The notes: generated by a model not told the origin, from the sequence alone. A stretch of 48,017 nt of DNA from Gemmatimonadota bacterium (GCA_036679645.1 JAZDCY010000071.1:1-48017), one strand, 5' to 3'. Shown: positions 7,424 to 18,292, counted from the stretch's first letter. A program made the numbers and translations.

Positions 7424-8983
7424 CTATTCCCACTCGATTGTCGCCGGCGGTTTTGAACTCACGTCATAAACGACACGGTTGACGCCTGCCACTTCGTTGA
7501 TGATCCGGTTCGCCATCCGGCCGAGCACGTCTGGGGGAAACGCGAACCAATCGGCGGTCATGCCATCGACACTCGTGACGGCGCGCAACGCCACCACGTT
7601 CTCGTATGTGCGCGCGTCGCCCATCACACCCACGGCGCGTACGGGCAGCAACACGGCGAACGCCTGCCAGATCTGATCGTACAGCCCCGCCTCACAGATC
7701 TCCTCGAGATAGATCGCGTCCGCGCGGCGCAGCGTATCCAGCGCCTCCCGTGTTACATCGCCCAACACACGAATGGCCAGCCCGGGTCCGGGGAACGGGT
7801 GGCGGCCAACCAGCTCATCGGGGAGCCCCAGTTCCCGACCGACCTGGCGCACTTCGTCCTTGAACAACTCCCGCAGCGGCTCGATGAGTTCGAACGGGAG
7901 GTCGGGGCGCAGCCCGCCCACATTGTGATGGGTCTTGATGGTGGCTGAGGGCCCGCCGTGCGGCGAGACCGACTCGATCACATCCGGATACAGGGTACCC
8001 TGCACCAGGTATCCGACATCGTCCCCCACATCCCGCGCCGCTTCTTCGAAGACGTCGATGAAGGTGTGCCCGATGATACGCCGCTTCTCTTCCGGATCCC
8101 CAACGCCCTGGAGCCGCTCTAGAAACGTTTGCGCCGCATCGACCACCCTGAGATCGATGCCGAGGTGTGCGTGGAAGAGCCGCTCTACCTGCTCGCGTTC
8201 ATGCAGACGAAGCAGTCCATGATCTACGAAGATGCACGTGAGGCGATCGCCAAGGGCGCGGTGCACGAGAGCGGCCGCAACTGACGAATCGACACCGCCC
8301 GACAGCCCGCAGATGGCTCGACGCTCTGGTCCCACGCGCTCGACGATGGCTGCCACGTGGTCGCTGATGAAGTGTCCGGGCGTCCACGTGGGCGAGCAGT
8401 CGCAGATGTCGAACAAGAAGTTGCGCAGCACCTCACCACCCCGCGGCGTGTGTGCCACCTCGGGATGGAATTGCACGCCGTAGAGCCTTCGCGCTTCGCT
8501 CTCGAAGGCGGCTATGGGACTGTTGGCGCTCGATCCGGAGTGCACGAACCCCTGCGGCAGTTCGGTCACGTGGTCGCCGTGACTCATCCAGGCCGGAGTT
8601 GTCTCGCCCTGGGCGAACCCGCGAAAAAGCCCCTCGTTGTTCGTGATCGTCACGTCCGCGCGCCCGTACTCGCGCTTGCCCGCCTTCTCGACGGTCCCAC
8701 CGGCAGCGAGTGCTACGAGAAACATTCCGTAGCATACGCCGAGCACCGGCGTGTCGAGTGCTACGATGGCAGCATCGAGGGCAGGCGCACCGTCGTCGTA
8801 AACGGAGCTCGGTCCGCCCGAGAGAACGATACCGCGAGGATGTTGTTCGCGGATCCAATCGACATCAACGGTTGGCGGATGGATCTCACAGTAGACGCGC
8901 GCCTCGCGCACACGACGCGCGATGAGCTGCGTGTACTGCGAGCCGTAGTCGAGGATTAAGATGCCTTGCGAAAGGACGATCAT
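7424..8983 (-). CDS. guaA: GMP synthase (glutamine-hydrolyzing)
   Basis: [39 protein letters not shown] overlaps the upstream stop (ATGA). Confidence 0.97.
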   Translation of the reverse strand: MIVLSQGILILDYGSQYTQLIARRVREARVYCEIHPPTVDVDWIREQHPRGIVLSGGPSSVYDDGAPALDAAIVALDTPVLGVCYGMFLVALAAGGTVEKAGKREYGRADVTITNNEGLFRGFAQGETTPAWMSHGDHVTELPQGFVHSGSSANSPIAAFESEARRLYGVQFHPEVAHTPRGGEVLRNFLFDICDCSPTWTPGHFISDHVAAIVERVGPERRAICGLSGGVDSSVAAALVHRALGDRLTCIFVDHGLLRLHEREQVERLFHAHLGIDLRVVDAAQTFLERLQGVGDPEEKRRIIGHTFIDVFEEAARDVGDDVGYLVQGTLYPDVIESVSPHGGPSATIKTHHNVGGLRPDLPFELIEPLRELFKDEVRQVGRELGLPDELVGRHPFPGPGLAIRVLGDVTREALDTLRRADAIYLEEICEAGLYDQIWQAFAVLLPVRAVGVMGDARTYENVVALRAVTSVDGMTADWFAFPPDVLGRMANRIINEVAGVNRVVYDVSSKPPATIEWE

Positions 8984-9342
8984 TGCCACTCAGGCGCGAC
9001 GGTTTCGGAGCGAAACAGGTCGTCGGGTGTCTCTCGCAGTCGTACAACACCCCACCGATCGCCGTCGAGCAGAACCTCGGCGGGGCGCGGACGCGAGTTG
9101 TAGTTGGAACTCACCGTGAACCCATAGGCGCCGGCGCCGTGAACCGCCAGGAGCGCACCTGGTGTCGCGCCCGCCAGGGTCCGATCCAGCGCAAGAAAAT
9201 CCCCCGACTCACAGATTGGCCCGACGACATCGACCCGCTGCGGGCCGTCCGGCGTTGCGCCAGGGACGATGACCGTAACCTCTACGTAAACGGGTGTGCC
9301 GACAGCCGACGCGATGCGCTCGAGGGTCCCGGGGAGCGTCAA
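8980..9342 (-). pseudogene. lysA: Internally deleted diaminopimelate decarboxylase (120 aa, still in frame)
   Basis: N-terminal [14 protein letters not shown] is joined directly to the C-terminal [12 protein letters not shown]...[17 protein letters not shown]; the PLP-binding barrel is absent. Confidence 0.85.
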
Positions 9343-10808
9343 TAGGCTCTCGCCCAGACGGCCTCCGAAATCGCGGGCTTGTCACACCAGACGCACCGTG
9401 CCGGTGCTTCCGGGCTACGGAATTCCTCGTCGGGCAGGACTCGAATCGTCGCTTTCGTTCGCTGCTTGATTGCCATCTCGCAGGACTCGTCACCGCAGAA
9501 GCCGCCGTACGCGAACCCGCCCCCGCCCCCGCCCCCACCCCCACCCGATCCTTCCATGTGCTCGATCAGTTGGTCCTTGGAGACCCCGCGAACCGACCCG
9601 GCCTCCCGTCGGTCGCGCGCGCTCTGGAGGAGGGCTGCCTGGATCTCGTCCAGGGCCGTGGAGACGCTGGCGGTCAGCCCATCGAGTGGCGCAGGCATCT
9701 TCCCGCCCGTGCGACGCGCGAGCATCGCCTGGCCCTTAGCAACGTCACGCGGCCCGATCTCGACCCGAACCGGCACGCCGCGTCCCTCCCATTCGTAGTA
9801 CTTCGCACCGGGCTTGATCCCTTCGCGCCGGTCGACCTCGACCCGGATGCCGGCGTCCGCCAGCGCCGCCTCCGCCCGGTCGGCCACCTCGAGCACACCA
9901 ACTCGCTCGTCGTCGCCCTTCCAGATGGGCACGATCACCGCCTGACGCGGCGCGAGGCGTGGCGGGCAGATCAACCCCACATCGTCGCTGTGTGTCATTA
10001 CCAGAGCCCCGACGAGACGCGTCGAGACCCCCCAGGAGGTGCTCCAGACATACTCCATGGTGCCGGCGTCGGTTTGGAACTGCGTGTCGAACGCACGCGC
10101 GAAATTCTGGCCGAGAAAGTGCGACGTTCCCGTCTGCAGTGCCTTGTTGTCCTGCATCAAGCCCTCGCACGCATACGTGCGAACGGCGCCGGCGAATTTC
10201 TCCGAGTCCGTCTTGAGGCCCGAGATCACCGGCATGGCCATCCACTCTTCCATGAAGTGCCGGTAGACACCCAACATGCGCAGCGTCTCTTCTTCGGCCT
10301 CCTCTTGCGTGGCGTGCGCCGTATGGCCCTCCTGCCAGAGGAACTCGGTCGTGCGCAAGAAGAGGCGCGTGCGCATCTCCCAGCGAACGACGTTTGCCCA
10401 CTGGTTCAACAGCACCGGGAGATCGCGGTAACTTTGGATCCACTTCGAGAGCATCGCGTAGATGATGGTCTCCGACGTGGGGCGTATGACAAGCGGCTCC
10501 TCGAGTTCTTTACCTCCTCCTCGTGTCACAACGGCCGTCTCCGGCGCAAAGCCCTCGACGTGCTCCGCCTCTTTGGCGAGGAACCCCTGCGGAATCAACA
10601 AGGGGAAGTACGCGTTCTGATGCCCGGTTGCTTTGAAGAGCCCGTCGAGTCCCTGCTGCATGAGCTCCCAGATGCCGTACCCCCACGGGCGAATGACCAT
10701 ACAGCCACGAACGGGCGAATAGTCCGCCATCTGTGCACGCATGATCACGTCGTTGTACCACTGTGCGAAATCCTTCGCGCGTGGCGTGATGCCCTTGTCC
10801 GCGCTCAT
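9339..10808 (-). CDS. proS: Proline--tRNA ligase, archaeal/eukaryote-like type
   Basis: [33 protein letters not shown]-terminal ARAY. Contains a poly-Gly insertion. Confidence 0.96.
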   Translation of the reverse strand: MSADKGITPRAKDFAQWYNDVIMRAQMADYSPVRGCMVIRPWGYGIWELMQQGLDGLFKATGHQNAYFPLLIPQGFLAKEAEHVEGFAPETAVVTRGGGKELEEPLVIRPTSETIIYAMLSKWIQSYRDLPVLLNQWANVVRWEMRTRLFLRTTEFLWQEGHTAHATQEEAEEETLRMLGVYRHFMEEWMAMPVISGLKTDSEKFAGAVRTYACEGLMQDNKALQTGTSHFLGQNFARAFDTQFQTDAGTMEYVWSTSWGVSTRLVGALVMTHSDDVGLICPPRLAPRQAVIVPIWKGDDERVGVLEVADRAEAALADAGIRVEVDRREGIKPGAKYYEWEGRGVPVRVEIGPRDVAKGQAMLARRTGGKMPAPLDGLTASVSTALDEIQAALLQSARDRREAGSVRGVSKDQLIEHMEGSGGGGGGGGGGFAYGGFCGDESCEMAIKQRTKATIRVLPDEEFRSPEAPARCVWCDKPAISEAVWARAY

Positions 10809-11278
10809 TGGCCTCCGGACCGCTGTTGGTCTGCGGGAAACGGCTTGAGTAACCGGAAGTTGGTGCGGAAGCGCGCCGTGCGGTTGCTACCCGTGATACC
10901 TACCGAATCGGTTGGCTCCCAAAGCGCCGACATGACCGGCTCTAGTTTAGCGGTCCCGGTCAGCGGATCGTAGTCCCCCATCAGGAATGCCACCACGCTG
11001 ACGCCGGCCGCCAGCGTGTCCACGCTGGCCACGCTGTCGATGAGATGCTGCAACGTGGCACGCGCCATCGCTTGTGTCGCCTGAGCGGGAAGGAGCGCGT
11101 GAATCTCCGGAACACGGTATCCCAGACGCGTAACGGTTGTGCTGTCCCTGAGGATCGCCACCGTAACGGGCTCCGCCGTGCCTACGAATTCGAATCGCGG
11201 CTCCCGTTGTGTCTCGCCCTGGCATCCAAGCGCCAGCAAAACGAGCAGCAGGCCACAGTTACGCTTCCAGTCTACCAT
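10805..11278 (-). CDS. Hypothetical lipoprotein
   Basis: Signal peptide with lipobox LALG-C; overlaps both neighbouring genes. Confidence 0.6.
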   Translation of the reverse strand: MVDWKRNCGLLLVLLALGCQGETQREPRFEFVGTAEPVTVAILRDSTTVTRLGYRVPEIHALLPAQATQAMARATLQHLIDSVASVDTLAAGVSVVAFLMGDYDPLTGTAKLEPVMSALWEPTDSVGITGSNRTARFRTNFRLLKPFPADQQRSGGQ

Positions 11279-12548
11279 TGTGCATCCTTGCGAAGGTCAC
11301 GCGATGTTCGCTGCCGGTTTCCAAGTTGCGGACGAGTCCTTCCTCCGCGGCGCGCTCATCGGGTCCGACGATCACGGCGTGACGCGCGCCGCGTGCAGCC
11401 GCCAACTTGAGTTGCTTGCCGACGGCCTGCTCCTTGAGCGCAAATTCCACATCGCGCCCGTGCTCACGGAGCACGTGGGCCAGCTCGAGGACCGTGGGCA
11501 TGTCGTCGGCGCTGACAGCGATGAGGAACGCGTCGATGTTGCCGGCCAGTGTAGGGACGAGATCGCGATCGCGGAGCAGCTCGCCCAGTACCACGTCTCC
11601 CATGCCAAATCCCGTCCCCGGCAGATCGACGCCCCCGAGGCGCTCGAGCAGTCCGTCGTACCGCCCCCCGCCGCAGATGGCTCGGAAGGTACCGCGGGCA
11701 TCGAACAGCTCGAACACGATCCCCGTGTAGTACGCCAGCCCGCGAACGATCGACAAGTCGATATCGACGAAATCTCCGAGGCCCATGGCCCCGAGGGCAT
11801 CGACGCAAGCAAAGAGGCCCTCGCCCGTTTCCTCCCCGTCAGGGACCCCGCGCAGGGTGTCCCGCAAGGCGTCCGCTCCTCGTACCGCGCCCAGTTCCAA
11901 CGTCCGATTGGCTGCCTCTGTGCTGACGCCGGACGTCGTGAGCCTAGCCCGCAGCCGATCGTGGGGCTCGCGGTCGATCTTGTCCAACGCTACTAGAGCG
12001 TCAGGTAGCGCGGTATCCGGTACGCCGGCGCGACGGAGGAGGTGTGACACGACCCGCCTGTCCGAGATCCGGACGCGGACATCACCGACACCCAGTCCGA
12101 GGCCGCGCATCACGTCGATCGATGCGCCGATAATCTCCGCGTCGGCGAGCGGCCCAGGTTCGCCAATGAGATCCATGTTGAGCTGGTAGTGCTCCCGCAG
12201 ACGGCCGCGCTGTTGGCGCTCGTACCGGAAGAGCTGCGGAATCGAGAACCAGCGGATTGGCTTTTTCATTCCCCGTGCGCGCGCGGCCACCATCCGCGCC
12301 AACGACGGAGTCATCTCGGGACGCAACGCAACCTGCCGTCCGCCCTTGTCCTCGAACGTGTAGAGCTGCGCGACGATCTCGTCCCCGCTCTTCTCCGTGT
12401 AGAGCTCCAATGCCTCCAACGGCGGCCCGTCATACTCCACAAAACCGTACCGGGCCGCGACGCTGCGCCAGACACCGAAGATGTGATTACGGAGAGCGGT
12501 TTCTTCAGGGTAGAAATCGCGAAACCCGGGGAGGCCTTGCCCGTGCAT
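11259..12548 (-). CDS. hisS: Histidine--tRNA ligase
   Basis: LRPEMT, FRYERQQRGRLREH, VRGLAYYTG, GGGRYD. Confidence 0.96.
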   Translation of the reverse strand: MHGQGLPGFRDFYPEETALRNHIFGVWRSVAARYGFVEYDGPPLEALELYTEKSGDEIVAQLYTFEDKGGRQVALRPEMTPSLARMVAARARGMKKPIRWFSIPQLFRYERQQRGRLREHYQLNMDLIGEPGPLADAEIIGASIDVMRGLGLGVGDVRVRISDRRVVSHLLRRAGVPDTALPDALVALDKIDREPHDRLRARLTTSGVSTEAANRTLELGAVRGADALRDTLRGVPDGEETGEGLFACVDALGAMGLGDFVDIDLSIVRGLAYYTGIVFELFDARGTFRAICGGGRYDGLLERLGGVDLPGTGFGMGDVVLGELLRDRDLVPTLAGNIDAFLIAVSADDMPTVLELAHVLREHGRDVEFALKEQAVGKQLKLAAARGARHAVIVGPDERAAEEGLVRNLETGSEHRVTFARMHNGRLEA

Positions 12549-12557
12549 CGCAAGAAT

Positions 12558-13763
12558 CTACCCGAGTGGCGCGAACCCAGGCAACCGCTCCATCGCGTCA
12601 CCCACGGTGTGAAACGAGCCGCAGACCAGCACGGTGGCTGCTTCACGGGATGCTTGCACCAGCACATGCCCAAGATCTGGGTCCGCTCTGGCGGCGGCAC
12701 CACAGTGGGCGGCTACTGCCGCAAGGTCCCAGCGTCGATCCGTCGGGGAACTCGGGGCGTGCGTGATCCACAAGACGTCCACGAGCCGCGAGATCTCATC
12801 TGTCATGGCGGACCAGTCCTTGTCCTGAAGCACGGCCATGACGGCGTGTAGTGGGCGGGGCGGCTGGGTGCGCTCCATAAGATCGGTGAGGACGCGAATC
12901 CCGCCTGCGTTGTGGGCCACGTCAAAGATCCACTTGCCCCTCCGGTCGAACCGGCCAGGTGCACGCGCCTCTCGGAACCCCTGCAGTACGGCCTCAGTGG
13001 ACGGGCGATAGGTGTTGGGCAATGCTCGGAGGACCGCGAGTGCAAGCGCGGCGTTGCGGCGTTGGTGCTCGCCCTGCAAGTACATGGCGCCGTCAAAAAG
13101 CTCGTCTGGGGGGAGTACGATCGGGGCAGCACCCGCTGCGGCCCCAAGGTGCGCGAGGAGGGCGGCGAGTGTCACGTCGGTTTCCCCGATAACGAAGGGC
13201 AGCCCTCGTTTTGCGATACCGGCCTTCTCCGCGGCTATCTCCTCGAGGGTCGATCCCAGGTAGGATGTATGTTCGCGCGACACGTTGGTGACCGCACTCA
13301 CGAGCGGTGTCACGACGTTCGTACTGTCGAGGCGCCCGCCGAGCCCAACCTCGATGACGCCCACGTCGGCACGGCGCGCTGCGAAATCAGCAAAAGCGAT
13401 GGCAGTCGTGGCCTCGAAGAAACTTGCTCCCGTTGACTCGATGACGGGTGTGAGTCGCTCCGTCCACATCGCGAAGGCCGCCTCCGAGATAGGGCACCCA
13501 TCGACTACCATACGCTCGCGGACGCTGACCAGATGCGGCGAGGTGTAGATCGCTGTCCGCTGGCCGTCGGCGCGCAGCGCCGCGGCAATCAGCGCGGCGG
13601 TTGATCCCTTGCCGTTGGTTCCGCCGATATGGATGGTCGGAAGCTGTTCATGGGGCTGTCCGAGTGCCTCGAGCAGCGCGCTTGTGGGTCCGAGCGACCA
13701 CTCCGTGGCACCGCCTGCACGGGGAAAGAGAAAGGTGCAGGCGTCTGCGAACGAGCGTGTCAG
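12558..13763 (-). CDS. folC: Folylpolyglutamate/dihydrofolate synthase, probable CTG start
   Basis: The frame is open upstream of the ORF-track start and contains HIGGTNGKGS and YTSPHL..VRER; also EVGLGGRLDSTN and DVAHN. CTG at 13763 overlaps the accD TGA. Confidence 0.92.
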   Translation of the reverse strand: MTRSFADACTFLFPRAGGATEWSLGPTSALLEALGQPHEQLPTIHIGGTNGKGSTAALIAAALRADGQRTAIYTSPHLVSVRERMVVDGCPISEAAFAMWTERLTPVIESTGASFFEATTAIAFADFAARRADVGVIEVGLGGRLDSTNVVTPLVSAVTNVSREHTSYLGSTLEEIAAEKAGIAKRGLPFVIGETDVTLAALLAHLGAAAGAAPIVLPPDELFDGAMYLQGEHQRRNAALALAVLRALPNTYRPSTEAVLQGFREARAPGRFDRRGKWIFDVAHNAGGIRVLTDLMERTQPPRPLHAVMAVLQDKDWSAMTDEISRLVDVLWITHAPSSPTDRRWDLAAVAAHCGAAARADPDLGHVLVQASREAATVLVCGSFHTVGDAMERLPGFAPLG

Positions 13764-14617
13764 TTCGCTGCGGCGATCGGCTCGCGACGCTGCATCATCC
13801 GCAGCAGCCGGGCAGTGGTGTTCGCGAGGTCGTGACGAGGCACAACGGTATCGACCATGCCGTGCTCGAGGAGGAACTCGGACGTTTGGAATCCTTCGGG
13901 CAGGTCCTGCCGGATGGTCTGTTTGATGACACGCGGTCCGGCAAAGCCGATGAGCGCCCCTGGTTCGGCGATGTTCACATCCCCCTGCATGGCAAACGAC
14001 GCCGTGACGCCCCCGGTGGTCGGATTCGTGAGGATCGAGATGAAGGGAATGCCACTGCGTCGCAGGTCCGCAATGACAACCGACGTTTTCGCCATTTGCA
14101 TCAGGCTGAGCACGCCCTCCTGCATGCGAGCGCCTCCGGACGACGAGACGATCACGAGCGGCACGTTCTCCGCGAGCGAGCGGAGTCCGAGGCGCGCGAG
14201 CTTTTCGCCGACAACGGAGCCCATCGATCCGCCCATGAAGGCGAAGTTCATCACGGCAAGATCGATTTCCATACCCGTCAGACGGCCGTACCCCGTAATC
14301 ACCGCATCGTGCTTCCCCGTCTTGCGGCGTGACCGTTCCACCCGCTCGCGGTACCCCTCGAATTCGAGGGGATCGCCGGATTGCAGATCATCGAACAACT
14401 CGGTGAATGTGCCGTCATCCGTCAGGATCTCGATGTACTTCTCGGCCGGAATGCGACGGTGGTACCCGCACTGGGCGCACACGTGGAGGTTTCGCTCGAA
14501 CTTCTCCCGAATATCGACGTGCCCGCAGTGCTCGCACTTCTCCCACGCGTCTGGGGGAATCTCCAGGCGCTCCCGCGTCGAGCGGCGGGACTTACGGTCC
14601 TTCCGAAACCAGGCCAT
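13760..14617 (-). CDS. accD: Acetyl-CoA carboxylase carboxyltransferase beta subunit
   Basis: CxxC...CxxC zinc finger, FMGGSMGSVVGEK, GGARMQEG, GFAGPRVI. Confidence 0.96.
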   Translation of the reverse strand: MAWFRKDRKSRRSTRERLEIPPDAWEKCEHCGHVDIREKFERNLHVCAQCGYHRRIPAEKYIEILTDDGTFTELFDDLQSGDPLEFEGYRERVERSRRKTGKHDAVITGYGRLTGMEIDLAVMNFAFMGGSMGSVVGEKLARLGLRSLAENVPLVIVSSSGGARMQEGVLSLMQMAKTSVVIADLRRSGIPFISILTNPTTGGVTASFAMQGDVNIAEPGALIGFAGPRVIKQTIRQDLPEGFQTSEFLLEHGMVDTVVPRHDLANTTARLLRMMQRREPIAAAN

Positions 14618-14686
14618 GAGCGAAGGGTTGAATCTGGAGTACGGAAGGTGACAGTCAAGGGGGACGGTGTTCCCTGTCTCAGGGCA

Positions 14687-15928
14687 CTATACGGCGTCGT
14701 AACCGGCCGACCGCGAGTCGGTGGCGACACGGAACGCAATACCGAGGGCCAGGAAACAGGTTAGCAGAAACGAGCCGCCATACGAGAAGAACGGAAGCGG
14801 AATCCCAGTGATCGGCATCAGCCCAATGGTCATGCCAATGTTCTCGAGGACATGTACGAAGAACAGTGAGGCGATCCCGAAGACGACCATGCAGGCGTAC
14901 GGATCGTTTGCCCTGCGCGCAATGCTCACCAGGGTGGTGATGAACCATCCGAACAGGACCAGGGTCGCGAGCACACCCACGAACCCGAACTCCTCGCCGA
15001 CCACCGAATAGATGAAGTCGGTCGCCTGTTCGGGAATGAATGCGAGTCGTTTCTGGGTGCCTTCGGTAAACCCTTTGCCAAACAGCCCGCCCGATCCGAT
15101 CGCCACCTTGGACTGGATGATGTGCCATCCGGTCGCGCGCGGGTCGATCTCAGGATTCAAAAACGACAACAAGCGGTGCTGCTGGTACGGGGCAAGTCGG
15201 TTCCACAACGAGAGCGCCATTACGCCCGTTCCGACGTTGGCGAGCCAGGTGCCGATGCCTTCGAGGGCATAGGGCCTGAGCCAGATCAGCACCGCCGTGA
15301 TCATGACGATCCAGATCCCCCACGAAACGGTCGAGAAGGCGAGGAGGAGGCTGATGAGCGGTGATGCGAGCAGTAGCAGCAGCCAGCCGCTCACGCCGAC
15401 CCAGAAGAGCATCAGGAAAAGGATGCCAAGAAAAACGATTGCGCTGCCGAGATCGGGCTGGAGCCCGACGAGGACGAACGGAACCCCAACGATGCCGCAA
15501 GCAGGCATCAAGCCAAGCAACGTGTTCGGTGGGTCTCGCTTCGCTCCTAGGTGTCTGGCAAGCATGAGGATGGTGGCCAGCTTGGCCAGTTCCGTCGGCT
15601 GACCGAGACGGAGGCCGCCAAGCGTAATCCACGATTTCACCCCCGCCGCCGTCCCTGCCCCAGTCCCGGTGAGGAGCGTGATCACGAGGAGTGCGATGCC
15701 CGTCACGTAGATGAGCGGGGTTGCCCACTCCAGGAGGCGCGGGGAGAACCGGTACATGACGATGGCGGCGACGGTGCCCAGCCCGAGGAAGATGAGCTGA
15801 CGTTCCCACAGTCTGGCGGCGACGGTGGGTACGTCGGTCTGGCCCGACGAGTAGAGCGTCGCGAGGCCGGCAGCTACCAACACCAACGTCGCGAGGAGGA
15901 GTGGTCTATCGGGTGCGCGCGTCGGCAT
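14687..15928 (-). CDS. rodA: Rod shape-determining protein RodA (SEDS family)
   Basis: QPTELAK, QPDLGSA, PEQATDFIYS, GIPLPFFSYGGS. Start placed at MPTRAPD. Confidence 0.93.
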   Translation of the reverse strand: MPTRAPDRPLLLATLVLVAAGLATLYSSGQTDVPTVAARLWERQLIFLGLGTVAAIVMYRFSPRLLEWATPLIYVTGIALLVITLLTGTGAGTAAGVKSWITLGGLRLGQPTELAKLATILMLARHLGAKRDPPNTLLGLMPACGIVGVPFVLVGLQPDLGSAIVFLGILFLMLFWVGVSGWLLLLLASPLISLLLAFSTVSWGIWIVMITAVLIWLRPYALEGIGTWLANVGTGVMALSLWNRLAPYQQHRLLSFLNPEIDPRATGWHIIQSKVAIGSGGLFGKGFTEGTQKRLAFIPEQATDFIYSVVGEEFGFVGVLATLVLFGWFITTLVSIARRANDPYACMVVFGIASLFFVHVLENIGMTIGLMPITGIPLPFFSYGGSFLLTCFLALGIAFRVATDSRSAGYDAV

Positions 15929-17792
15929 CGGCGGCCGGGGCGGGGGCGGGGGCACCGCGAGTCTGGCGCGTCGTGTCGCCCGGTAGAATGGGCACGGGCT
16001 CCGGCGCGGAGTCCTCTGGGACCAGCAGCCTGATACGGCCCTCGGGCAGCCCGCCCTGTCCAAGCAGATGCCGCGCAATGATACGCGTGACCATGGGGGC
16101 TACACGCGATCCGTGCTCCGAGAACTCGACGATCGCGGCGACGACAACACGGGGCTGCTCTGCGGGAGCGAACGCGACGAACCATCCGTGGTCCAATCCC
16201 TGTGCGTTCTGTGCCGTGCCCGTCTTGCCGGCAATACGTAACGCCGCGATCCGTGAGGCAGTCGCCGTTCCCTCCTCGACAACCGATACGAGGGCCTCCC
16301 GCAGATCGTGCAGTTGTTCGGGGGTGAGTCGCAGCGACCGCTGTGATGCTTGCGATTCACCGACGAGATGTGGAACCGGTGCGCGCCCGTCGGGATTCGC
16401 CAACATCGCATAGAAGTGCGCTACGTTGAGTGGTGTCTGCGTATTCTCACCCTGCCCGATCGCAAGGTTGAGGGTGACCGCATTAGTCCAACCGCGCGGG
16501 CCATATCGGCGATTGAAGTACTCGGTCGACGTTGGGAAAAACGAGCTACGCTCGTTGGGAAGATCGATACCGAGTCGCTCGTGCATGCCGAGGGCACCTG
16601 CATCCTGCAATATCGTCGTCAGGCCAAGCTTCAGTCCGAGTTGGTAGAAGTACACGTCGCAGGAGTGTGTGATCGCCTCGGCGAGTGTGAGATCGCCATG
16701 TCCCGCTACGCGCCAACACCTGAAAAACCGACTGTAGTATTGCAGCCCGCCACGGCACGGAATGGTCATCTTGGAATCCATGGTGACGATCCCACGCTGC
16801 ATCGCGATCGACGCCATCAGTAGTTTCCACGGTGACGCCGGCGGGTAGGCCGCCTGGATGACGCGGTTGATCAGGGGGTGATCGGGTGCCGTGCGCAAGG
16901 TCTCCCACACCTCGGGGTCCACGCCGCCGATGAACAGGTTGGGATCGTAGGTGGGGGCTGAGTGGAGCGCGAGGATTTCGCCGTTGCGCGGATCCAGGAC
17001 GACCACCGCGCCGCGCCGGCCCTCCGGGAAGCTCTCGACCACGAAGCGTTGGAGATCCAAGTCCAGCGTGGTCCGAATGGTCTCGCCCTGTTCCGGCTCG
17101 AGCGTAGGAGCGACGCCCCGATCCCGCACCGTTCTGCCCAGTGCGTCCACCTCGATGAAGCGTACGCCGTCCTTCCCGCGCAGCCGGTCATCGTACTGCC
17201 GCTCGAGTCCATCTCTGCCGACCAGCGTGCCCAACCGCGCCCCGGCGAACGTCCCCGACTGGAGTTCCTCTTCCGTGATCTCCGAGACATACCCGAGGGC
17301 GTGCGCGACACGCTCCCCTTGCGGGTACCGCCGCTTCGGCTCCGTCTGGATGACCAGTCCGGGAATTGTCACCCGGCGTTCCTCCAGTGCGGATACCGTC
17401 TCGAAAGGAACGTCCCGCCGCACCGTCACCGGATCGTAGGGATCGCGGCGGTAGCGCCGCAGGATGCTCTCTCTGGCTTCATCGTCCACGTTCACGAGCG
17501 GCCCTATCCGGTCCAACACGGCCACGAGGGATTCGGGCGAGGCGGCGAGGAGCCCAACCGAATAGCCGGGAACGTTCTCGGCCAGCACCGCCCCGTTGCG
17601 GTCCAGCACCAATCCGCGAGGAGCCGGAACCGGTAGTGCCCGGAGCCGGTTCAACTCGGACCGCAGGCTGTACCGCGTGGATGACAAGACCTGCGTGCGG
17701 AAGAAGGAGACCAACAGGATGCCCACCACGGACCACACGAGCACCCGGGCGGTCAGGGCCCGGCGGCGCACCGCGTGCGGATGGTGCCACAT
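15906..17792 (-). CDS. mrdA: Penicillin-binding protein 2
   Basis: PAPRG, SPWK (SxxK), SCD, KTGT motifs; position in the mre operon. Confidence 0.95.
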   Translation of the reverse strand: MWHHPHAVRRRALTARVLVWSVVGILLVSFFRTQVLSSTRYSLRSELNRLRALPVPAPRGLVLDRNGAVLAENVPGYSVGLLAASPESLVAVLDRIGPLVNVDDEARESILRRYRRDPYDPVTVRRDVPFETVSALEERRVTIPGLVIQTEPKRRYPQGERVAHALGYVSEITEEELQSGTFAGARLGTLVGRDGLERQYDDRLRGKDGVRFIEVDALGRTVRDRGVAPTLEPEQGETIRTTLDLDLQRFVVESFPEGRRGAVVVLDPRNGEILALHSAPTYDPNLFIGGVDPEVWETLRTAPDHPLINRVIQAAYPPASPWKLLMASIAMQRGIVTMDSKMTIPCRGGLQYYSRFFRCWRVAGHGDLTLAEAITHSCDVYFYQLGLKLGLTTILQDAGALGMHERLGIDLPNERSSFFPTSTEYFNRRYGPRGWTNAVTLNLAIGQGENTQTPLNVAHFYAMLANPDGRAPVPHLVGESQASQRSLRLTPEQLHDLREALVSVVEEGTATASRIAALRIAGKTGTAQNAQGLDHGWFVAFAPAEQPRVVVAAIVEFSEHGSRVAPMVTRIIARHLLGQGGLPEGRIRLLVPEDSAPEPVPILPGDTTRQTRGAPAPAPAADADARTR

Positions 17793-18289
17793 CAGTCCGA
17801 GAGCCTCACGTTAAGCCAGCTCCTGAACACCAGAAGTACGACTATCCCCGCTGCCGCGGTGGTCAGTCCTTTGAGCATCGTCCAGACGCCGAGTTGCCAC
17901 AGCAATGCCGCTCCGCCGACATGACCGCCCCAGAGGAGCACGAGGAGGTCGCGTACGACTGTTCCGCCAAAGAAGAACCCCGCCGACACGCCTATGTTCT
18001 CCGCGAAGAACACCGCTTTGCCCCATGCGGTCAAGTAACCGACGCCAGAGTAGGCAAGCATACCCGACCCAAAGGCCACGGGATCGAGGGCGTCGGCCAG
18101 CAATCCGAGCACGAAGCCGGCGATAGCCGCATGGCCGGGTCGTGCCCGGATGGAGTAGACGAGCAGTGCCAATAAGAGGAGGTCGGGTGCCGCGCGTGGG
18201 TCGGCGAGCCAGGGTCGGAGGGCAAAGTGCAGGACAACCAACAGAAGCAGCACCGCCCAGAGTCGATAGCGTCGCGCGCGCCGACTCAT
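17792..18289 (-). CDS. mreD: Rod shape-determining protein MreD
   Basis: Polytopic membrane protein with PDLLL and GLLAD motifs; lies between mreC and mrdA. Confidence 0.85.
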   Translation of the reverse strand: MSRRARRYRLWAVLLLLVVLHFALRPWLADPRAAPDLLLLALLVYSIRARPGHAAIAGFVLGLLADALDPVAFGSGMLAYSGVGYLTAWGKAVFFAENIGVSAGFFFGGTVVRDLLVLLWGGHVGGAALLWQLGVWTMLKGLTTAAAGIVVLLVFRSWLNVRLSD

Positions 18290-18292
18290 GGA

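Noticed and set aside
9294..10973. 559-aa plus-strand ORF
   Set aside because: Antisense shadow of proS.
12558..13511. folC as an N-terminally truncated pseudogene (ORF-track call)
   Set aside because: The frame is open upstream and carries the P-loop; a CTG start explains it.
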